Positions 34,587 through 40,042 of a stretch of DNA of 40,042 nt are shown here, piece by piece; position 1 is the stretch's first letter, and each line of letters starts with the position of its first letter. The notes beneath the pieces are model-generated. The model ran no database searches and was not told where the DNA came from. It saw only the letters and a list, made by a program, of their open reading frames with translations. The DNA lies in IMG/VR virus record IMGVR_UViG_3300045988_091053, positions 1-40,042 of that record; one strand, given 5' to 3'. A program made the translations under genes and the position numbers. The DNA comes from a virus.

Positions 34587-35432
34587 ATGAGTGTACAACA
34601 ATCTATCGTTAACGGTTTTACTAGCCGTCGTGGGCTGATTACCTATTCAATGTTCGGAAGCCGTAACGGTTCTGACGGGACCGGGGACTGTTCCGGTATC
34701 ATGTCGCAAGTGCTAAAAGAAGCTGGAATCAATATCATCGGCTTGCCGTCAACGGTAACCCTTGGACAACAGCTCGCAAACAACGGCTTTTATCGTGTAA
34801 GTATCAATCAAGACTGGGACGCACAACCGGCCGATATCATCTTGATGAGCTGGGGCGCCGATATGTCAACCTCTGGCGGTGCTGGTGGCCACGTCGGAGC
34901 GATGATCGATGATACATACTTCATTTCTTGCGACTATTCAACACAGGGCGCTACAGGTCAGGCTATTAACACCTATCCTTGGAATGATTATTATGCCTGG
35001 AATAAACCGAACTATATCGAGGTTTGGCGATACGCTGACACAGCACCACAGACCAACAATCAAGCGAACACGGCAGTACAACCGAAAGACAAGGCCTTTT
35101 ACCAAGCGAATGAGGTCAAGTATGTCAACGGTATCTATCAAATCAAGTGCGATTATCTCGCGCCCGTTGGCTTTGACTGGACCGAAAACGGTATTCCTGT
35201 TTCGCTGGTGAACTGGGTCGATGAGAACGGCAATAACTTGCCAGACGGAGCAGACCGAGACTTCAAATCTGGAATGTATTTCAGCTTTGAACTTGACGAA
35301 GTTCATATCACAGACACGGGCAAGGGCGGTTACTATGGCGGTTACTACTGGCGTTTGTTTGAATTTGGGCAATTCGGCCCGGTTTGGCTGTCGTGCTGGG
35401 ACAAAGACGATTTAGTAAATTATTACGAGTAA
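34587..35432 (+). CDS. Endolysin: Amidase_5 (Pal-like) catalytic domain + C-terminal cell-wall-binding domain
   Basis: RRGLITYSM...DCSG...GGAGGHVGAMID matches the Pal/Amidase_5 Cys-His pattern. Confidence 0.75.
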   Translation: MSVQQSIVNGFTSRRGLITYSMFGSRNGSDGTGDCSGIMSQVLKEAGINIIGLPSTVTLGQQLANNGFYRVSINQDWDAQPADIILMSWGADMSTSGGAGGHVGAMIDDTYFISCDYSTQGATGQAINTYPWNDYYAWNKPNYIEVWRYADTAPQTNNQANTAVQPKDKAFYQANEVKYVNGIYQIKCDYLAPVGFDWTENGIPVSLVNWVDENGNNLPDGADRDFKSGMYFSFELDEVHITDTGKGGYYGGYYWRLFEFGQFGPVWLSCWDKDDLVNYYE

Positions 35433-35444
35433 AGGGGTGATTGA

Positions 35445-36335
35445 ATGAATCGCTCAAACTGTACAAACTTAAAGCAGTTTGAGGGCGGTCGAGTCGTCAA
35501 GCAGGGCGACTCAGCCTCCCTTTTTGGCTTTGCATTATATGACGAAAACTGGGTTCCGATTGACCTTGACGGGCAAGAGGCTACAATCCATTTTGTAAGT
35601 AAAAAAGGCAAAGCGACGTTTAGCGCTACTGTCCAAGGCTCGAAGGTATCGTTTAAGATTCCCAAAGTCTTGCCAGTCGAGAGCTATCTTGTCGAGGTTG
35701 ATTGTGCCGGGTACGTATTCCCAAGTGACCAGAGCGTCCGAGTTGATGTGGTTCAGTCAGCGGAGGAATACCAGCCGACAGAAGTGGTCGAGCTTGGTAA
35801 GATCAGCTTGCGCGATGAGATCGCAAACTATCTTGCTGGACACACTTTACAAGCGTATAATGACAGCCCACTAGTCGCACGGATCGAAGCACTCGAAGCA
35901 CGGCCACAAGTTACAACGGTCGATCTGGGGCCGTTAGAAAGTCGATTACAATCGTTGGCCCTATCGGTTCAAGCCTTGGAAAATAAACCAGCTCCGACGG
36001 TTCAAACGCTCGATTTAGGACCGCTAGAAAAGCGCGTGGAAGCCTTGGAAAACAAGCAGGCACAAACAGCCCCAGTGGTTGACTTGAGTGCGTATATGAC
36101 CTCAGAAATGGCTTATCAGACGTTTGCGACGTATGCCACGTTACAAGATAAAATGACTAATAACATTAAGAATAAGCACCTTGAGCTTGGCCTTGACGCG
36201 CTGATCGACGAGAAACTGAGGAACGGTGGCGATAACTTCCTTACTAGCCACCAAGCCAGCACGGCTTACGTGTCAAAAGAAGTGTTTCAAAACTTGCTGA
36301 AACGTGTCGAAGTACTCGAATCAGTTCCTATATAA
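35445..36335 (+). CDS. BppU-like Ig-domain + coiled-coil fibre protein encoded after the lysis cassette
   Basis: N-terminal beta-rich domain (GRVVKQGDSASL...). Tandem DLGPLE(S/K)R..ALENK repeats. Last gene before the late terminator. Confidence 0.45.
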   Translation: MNRSNCTNLKQFEGGRVVKQGDSASLFGFALYDENWVPIDLDGQEATIHFVSKKGKATFSATVQGSKVSFKIPKVLPVESYLVEVDCAGYVFPSDQSVRVDVVQSAEEYQPTEVVELGKISLRDEIANYLAGHTLQAYNDSPLVARIEALEARPQVTTVDLGPLESRLQSLALSVQALENKPAPTVQTLDLGPLEKRVEALENKQAQTAPVVDLSAYMTSEMAYQTFATYATLQDKMTNNIKNKHLELGLDALIDEKLRNGGDNFLTSHQASTAYVSKEVFQNLLKRVEVLESVPI

Positions 36336-36343
36336 TGTATTTT

Positions 36344-36370
36344 CCCTCCCATCTCGGGAGGGCTTTTTTT
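36344..36370 (+). terminator. Late-operon rho-independent terminator
   Basis: CCCTCCC-atctc-GGGAGGG stem followed by C and seven T. Confidence 0.85.
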
Positions 36371-36374
36371 ATTG

Positions 36375-36392
36375 TCTGAAACTAGTTTCAGA
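36375..36392. promoter_or_regulatory. 18-bp perfect palindrome (candidate operator)
   Basis: TCTGAAACTAGTTTCAGA equals its own reverse complement. Confidence 0.5.
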
Positions 36393-36425
36393 ATAAAAAA
36401 TCTTTAATTATTTTTATAAAAGTGC

Positions 36426-36454
36426 TTGACGAACGTCAATTATGATGATATACT
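36426..36454 (+). promoter_or_regulatory. Promoter of the accessory two-gene operon
   Basis: TTGACG, 17-bp spacer, TATACT. The -35 box lies within the inverted repeat TTGACG-aa-CGTCAA. Confidence 0.65.
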
Positions 36455-36503
36455 ATATTCAAGATAAAGAAAGGGAGATCAAAAAGATCTCGAGTAAAAG
36501 AAA

Positions 36504-36809
36504 ATGACAAAAGTAAACGCAACTATTAAAACAGTAGCAAAAGAACTTGCTGAAAATATCGGCTGGGACGGCATGGAATTTTATCTCAAACAAGACGGTG
36601 AAACTGGGGCTCGTCAAAGTGGAAGTTTTGGCCCAGACGAAAGCGAAGTAGTGTATAAAGTATCGCTTGGCAAATGGTACTGGAGAGATGGCTTGGAAAA
36701 CATCGGCCTTAATATTGAAAAATTAAATGAAGAAGATCTTGAAACGCTTGCCGATTATCTCGAAGAATTTGAACTTGGTGAAGAAGATTTCGAATGGGAA
36801 GAAAACTAA
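36504..36809 (+). CDS. Highly acidic 101-aa protein (candidate DNA mimic / anti-defence protein)
   Basis: By my count 26 D/E versus 9 K/R. The C-terminus is EEDLETLADYLEEFELGEEDFEWEEN. Confidence 0.6.
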   Translation: MTKVNATIKTVAKELAENIGWDGMEFYLKQDGETGARQSGSFGPDESEVVYKVSLGKWYWRDGLENIGLNIEKLNEEDLETLADYLEEFELGEEDFEWEEN

Positions 36810-36824
36810 CGACGGGGTGGTCGA

Positions 36825-37022
36825 ATGATTATTAACACGGAACAAGTCGAAGCGGTCTTGATGAACAAGGCCGTTTCCGGCTATTTAATTGAAAAAGAAA
36901 CGGGAATCTCTAGCGCTTCTATCTCGCGTTTGCGAAATGAAAAAAAGCGTTTTGGAGATCTATCCATCGATACCGCGATCAAGGTCCAGCAATGGATCGA
37001 CATGAACGAAAATATAAATTAA
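36825..37022 (+). CDS. 65-aa HTH protein (Aca-like candidate autoregulator)
   Basis: RBS GGGGTGG. HTH segment SGYLIEKETGISSASISRLRNEKK. Confidence 0.6.
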   Translation: MIINTEQVEAVLMNKAVSGYLIEKETGISSASISRLRNEKKRFGDLSIDTAIKVQQWIDMNENIN

Positions 37023-37046
37023 GGTCGGGAATCCGGCCTTTTTTCT
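37023..37046 (+). terminator. Rho-independent terminator
   Basis: GGTCGG-gaat-CCGGCC stem followed by TTTTTT. Confidence 0.7.
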
Positions 37047-37349
37047 GTTATAACGGCAATTTCCTAGATTGTCTATTATAACGGCAAACAAAAAAAGCCC
37101 TCGGGCTCATTCTCTCAATTATGCGGGCAATGAATACGATTTTGAATACGTCTTTTTTTAATTATCGAAAAATGACGAAAACGATATTTTGACTAATGCG
37201 CTATTTTATAACTAATAGAAACGTACAACGCAACGATGGAAACGATTTTTGAATTATGCTAAAATAATGCCACTCGCCCTCAAGTCCTTGATATCACTGA
37301 CTTTCTAAGGGGTGAGAAGTGACTGAATACGAGACTGAATACGACTAAT
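37047..37349. other. Putative attP region with arm-type repeats
   Basis: Non-coding and AT-rich, adjacent to the int 3' end. TTATAACGGCAA occurs twice (37048, 37076). TGAATACG occurs four times (37131, 37143, 37324, 37336). Confidence 0.5.
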
Positions 37350-38495
37350 TTATATTACCATATATTCAAGCAGTTTATCCACTGTATCGGTTCGTTGCTC
37401 TTCCGTTATGTGAGTGTACAGATCCAGCGTGATCTGGACAGTGCTATGACCCAGTCTATCAGAAATGTTTTTAGGTTCCACGCCCGCACTAAACAGCAAT
37501 GAAGCGTGCGTGTGTCGGAGCCCGTGGGGCGTGATCGGTTTTAGTTTATGGTCAGCCATGAAACGCTTGAAATAACGGATAAAATTGTGAATATGCACCC
37601 AATCGCCCCACTTATTCGTAAAAATGAAATTTTCTTCCCCTTCAAAATGTTTGCCGTTTTTAAAATAGTTTTTTATTTGGTCCTTTTTCCAGCTTTTCAA
37701 AATTGAAAGGGTGGCGGGATCAATAGAGATTACGCGCTTGCTATTTTTAGTCTTGGGCGTCTGAAGGGTTTGTTTCTCTTTGATCCGGACCGCCGTTTTA
37801 TTAACGGTAATTTTTTTATTTTCAAAGTCAATATCTGACCATTTCAAAGCGAGGGCTTCCCCTTGACGTAACCCGGTATAACTCATCAAATGCACCAGCG
37901 GGAAGAAATAAGACAGCGTGGCAGTTTGAGCTAGTTTTAAAAACTCTTTCAATTCTTCCTTGGTTAAAAAATTGCCCTTTCTTTGAGTTTGCCGGCTTTT
38001 CGGCTTGATAACTTTATCAAAAGGGTTTGAATTGATTATGTCCATTAAAACAGCATATTTGAAGATTCGGTTAATGACTGAAAGATAATGATTATATAAG
38101 ACATAGCTTTTACTTAATTCAATAACCACTCTTTGGCAGTATGCGACTGTTATTTTTTTTAGCTTCATCTCTTTAAAATGCTCTTCAGTCATTTTCTCAA
38201 CCTTGGACTGGACATTTTCAAAAGTGCTAGGCTTGACTGTGGTTTTATAATTCTCTAGCCATAAGGAAGCTAGTTCTTCGAATGTAGGATCTTGGAATCC
38301 GTCTGATTGATTCGACTGAAGCCCGTTCTCTTCCACGTCAAGCAGCAAATTTCTTTCGGCTTGTTTAGCTTCTTTCATGGTTTTAAAGCCCCGGCGCGTG
38401 GTCCGCCGTTCTTTTCCGGTTAAGGGATCAATTCCCAGATAAGTTTGAAATAAGTAACGAGTCTCCCCGTTTTTGGTTGTATATTTTTTTATCAT
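37350..38495 (-). CDS. int: Tyrosine integrase
   Basis: Motifs HGLRHTHASLL and LGHSTVQITLDLYTH (R-H-R-Y catalytic set). Start set at the ATG preceded by AGGAGGAATC (38495) rather than 38522. Confidence 0.9.
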   Translation of the reverse strand: MIKKYTTKNGETRYLFQTYLGIDPLTGKERRTTRRGFKTMKEAKQAERNLLLDVEENGLQSNQSDGFQDPTFEELASLWLENYKTTVKPSTFENVQSKVEKMTEEHFKEMKLKKITVAYCQRVVIELSKSYVLYNHYLSVINRIFKYAVLMDIINSNPFDKVIKPKSRQTQRKGNFLTKEELKEFLKLAQTATLSYFFPLVHLMSYTGLRQGEALALKWSDIDFENKKITVNKTAVRIKEKQTLQTPKTKNSKRVISIDPATLSILKSWKKDQIKNYFKNGKHFEGEENFIFTNKWGDWVHIHNFIRYFKRFMADHKLKPITPHGLRHTHASLLFSAGVEPKNISDRLGHSTVQITLDLYTHITEEQRTDTVDKLLEYMVI

Positions 38496-38508
38496 GATTC
38501 CTCCTATG

Positions 38509-38534
38509 GCTTGCCCGCACAATTGAAAGAACGA
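38509..38534. repeat. Leader motif copy 2 (GCTTGCCCGCACAATTG), just upstream of the int RBS on the opposite strand
   Basis: 38509-38525 is identical to 405-421. Confidence 0.85.
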
Positions 38535-38568
38535 GATAATTTTGCTATACTTAACTTATATCATGATT

Positions 38569-38597
38569 CCCCGTGGCTTGTCCTCGGGGCTTTTTTT
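38569..38597 (+). terminator. Hairpin with a T-run on the plus strand only
   Basis: CCCCGTGG...CCTCGGGG stem followed by C and seven T. The minus-strand reading has no U-tract. Confidence 0.5.
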
Positions 38598-38599
38598 AT

Positions 38600-39121
38600 T
38601 TATTCGAAAAACAGCTTAATGTTATCTGCTTGTGCATTGGTGATCTTTGCTTTAATTGTCTTGACTTCGTTTGTCTCGATATTCCGTAAGTACAATTTAG
38701 CAAGTCCGGGCTTTTCTTCTTGAGTGGTGATAGTGTCCGTGCTTACCTTCCCTTTTCGTTTTCCAGACGCACCGATCACACCACCTACAATTGTACCGAC
38801 TGGGCCAAACGCCGAACCGATTCCAGCTCCTAAAAGGGCACTCCCTTTTTTCCCCTTTTGTTTGGTCGTCCCGGTCGTTTTTGTGCGCTCTATAATAGTA
38901 GAGCCCTCAAATTGAAAATTTTCAAACTCAAACAGCTCCGGAGTGTCTGAATAAAAACCGATATAATATTGTCCGTCAATCGTTTTTCGAATCGTTGTCG
39001 TACCGATTGAAATTTTTGTCTCTTCAGCAGCTTTCTTTCTCACTTCATTCATCGATGAAATTCCGTCTACTGTTTTTTCAGTTGCTTTTTTTGCGAAATT
39101 CTTGAATTTGTCAAAGTCCAT
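38600..39121 (-). CDS. Glycine-zipper membrane protein, last gene of the repressor operon (candidate exclusion/abortive-infection factor)
   Basis: 173 aa. Central SALLGAGIGSAFGPVGTIVGGVIGASG glycine zipper flanked by basic patches. RBS AAAGGAG. Confidence 0.6.
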   Translation of the reverse strand: MDFDKFKNFAKKATEKTVDGISSMNEVRKKAAEETKISIGTTTIRKTIDGQYYIGFYSDTPELFEFENFQFEGSTIIERTKTTGTTKQKGKKGSALLGAGIGSAFGPVGTIVGGVIGASGKRKGKVSTDTITTQEEKPGLAKLYLRNIETNEVKTIKAKITNAQADNIKLFFE

Positions 39122-39133
39122 AATGTTTCTCCT

Positions 39134-39511
39134 TTATCCAACTAAACGATAGTATTCATCTATTACCATTAATTCATCGGCCGTTGTTTTGAGCTTATGG
39201 CGCTCCATAAAATGTAAATAATTGAACTCGCTCGCGTCCCCGGCTTCTAGCTCTTCCTTTAATAAGGCGTGAATCATGGCCCTATTGGCTTCATTCTCGC
39301 ACTTTATCGGGTTTATGGTATATTCGGCCGTCGTGTGCTCTAAATGGCCTAATTCGTGCAAAATAACGCGTTTCTGGGCCTCTTTAGTTAGTGATTTATT
39401 AACAAAAATGATCTTCATATCAGATAAGATCATTCCGGGCCGTGGCCACAGTTCATTGTCAAAGTAAGCGAGCGTGACGCCCGCTTCGTGACAAATGTCT
39501 TCTAGTCTCAT
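39134..39511 (-). CDS. immA: ImmA/IrrE-family zinc metalloprotease (anti-repressor protease)
   Basis: HELGHLEH (HEXXH) motif. 4-nt overlap with the upstream repressor gene. Confidence 0.8.
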   Translation of the reverse strand: MRLEDICHEAGVTLAYFDNELWPRPGMILSDMKIIFVNKSLTKEAQKRVILHELGHLEHTTAEYTINPIKCENEANRAMIHALLKEELEAGDASEFNYLHFMERHKLKTTADELMVIDEYYRLVG

Positions 39512-39861
39512 AATCTTCCTTTAAAATAGATATCAAGTATATTTTCAATCGCTTCGATATCTTCTTCATTTAATGGTTTTCCGTCGAAAGTCTTTGCACT
39601 CTTGGCCAGCTCGCGAAGATCCAAGTTTGAAAGGTCCGGTTCTTGTTTGATCGGTTTTACTCCTAAAAGATATTCAGTTGAGACGCCGAGAGCTTCCGCA
39701 TAAACGTTCGCTCTATTCAATGGAAAAGTTCTCGTCTTATTAAAATATCTTGATACGCCAGATTTTGCTTGACCCACTCGACGAGCGAGTTCGCTCAAAG
39801 ATATATCTTTCTCTTCGCACAAGGCCTTGATAAGGTCTATTATTTCGTCATTGGTACGCAT
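39508..39861 (-). CDS. CI/ImmR-like XRE-family repressor
   Basis: HTH segment ISLSELARRVGQAKSGVSRYFNKTR. Divergent from cro. Confidence 0.8.
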   Translation of the reverse strand: MRTNDEIIDLIKALCEEKDISLSELARRVGQAKSGVSRYFNKTRTFPLNRANVYAEALGVSTEYLLGVKPIKQEPDLSNLDLRELAKSAKTFDGKPLNEEDIEAIENILDIYFKGRL

Positions 39862-39889
39862 TTTTACAGCTCCTTTTCTTTATGTTTCT

Positions 39890-39918
39890 ATTATAACACC
39901 GTTCCGAAAAAAGTACAA
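39890..39918 (-). promoter_or_regulatory. Lysogeny promoter (PL/PRM-like) for the repressor operon
   Basis: The minus strand reads TTGTAC, 17-bp spacer, TATAAT. It lies about 25 nt upstream of the repressor RBS AAAGGAG. Confidence 0.6.
39901..39916. promoter_or_regulatory. Operator O3: GTTCC-N6-AGTAC inside the PL spacer and -35 box
   Basis: Degenerate copy of the O1 motif with the same spacing and an A-rich spacer. Confidence 0.35.
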
Positions 39919-39943
39919 ATAATACTAAAAAAGAAAAAAATGT

Positions 39944-40042
39944 GTTTTTTTTGAAAAAAAGTGTTGACAAAAAAGAACGCTTGATTTATAATTAAATTGT
40001 TCTCAAGAAAGAACGGCAAAAAAACAGAAAGGAGGTCTATTA
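39944..40042. repeat. 99-bp terminal direct repeat (copy 2)
   Basis: Identical to 1-99. Confidence 0.95.

Larger units (their letters stand above)
1..39943 (+). mobile_element. Complete temperate siphovirus-like phage genome (one unit length; circular or terminally overlapping contig)
   Basis: Contains integrase, CI/Cro switch, replication, packaging, head, tail and lysis modules. Bases 1-99 are identical to 39944-40042. Confidence 0.85.

Overview
The window is one complete temperate siphovirus-type phage genome. Its ends are an identical 99-bp overlap (1-99 = 39944-40042), so the unit length is 39,943 bp and the contig closes into a circle. Gene content points to a Gram-positive, Lactobacillales-like host: LL-H-type holin, Pal/Amidase_5-type lysin, ArpU-like regulator, LPXTG protein. 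Layout: the lysogeny module is on the minus strand (integrase 37350-38495, glycine-zipper accessory gene, ImmA-like metalloprotease, CI-like repressor). It faces a Cro-like gene across a switch region with two near-consensus divergent promoters and three GTTCT-N6-AGAAC-type operators. All remaining genes are on the plus strand. They comprise a putative excisionase and a recombination/replication module (SMC/Rad50-like ATPase, Sak4/AAA_24 ATPase, DUF669-like protein, SF2 helicase, primase-helicase). A dense GGGACA iteron array, the putative ori, follows that module. Next come RusA, small early genes and an ArpU-like late regulator. The packaging/head/tail/lysis operon follows: TerS, TerL, portal, MuF, scaffold, capsid, connectors, major tail, frameshifted chaperone, 1566-aa tape measure, Dit, Tal, holin, endolysin. 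The features not explained by a standard phage plan are: (1) a self-contained promoter/operator + very acidic 101-aa protein + 65-aa HTH operon between the late terminator and attP, with acr-aca-like anti-defence architecture; (2) a sortase-anchored (LPNTG) Cna-like adhesin gene embedded in the replication operon; (3) a ParB-DUF4417 gene plus two tandem small proteins sharing the N-terminus MGGRGASSG, encoded by synonymously diverged codons; (4) two tRNA-like RNA elements (acceptor + T-arm, no anticodon loop), each followed by a terminator, bracketing that cassette; (5) a 17-bp exact (about 26-bp near-exact) sequence shared by the leaders of the putative xis and int genes; (6) a glycine-zipper protein in the repressor operon. 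All functional calls rest on motif recognition by eye. No database search was run.
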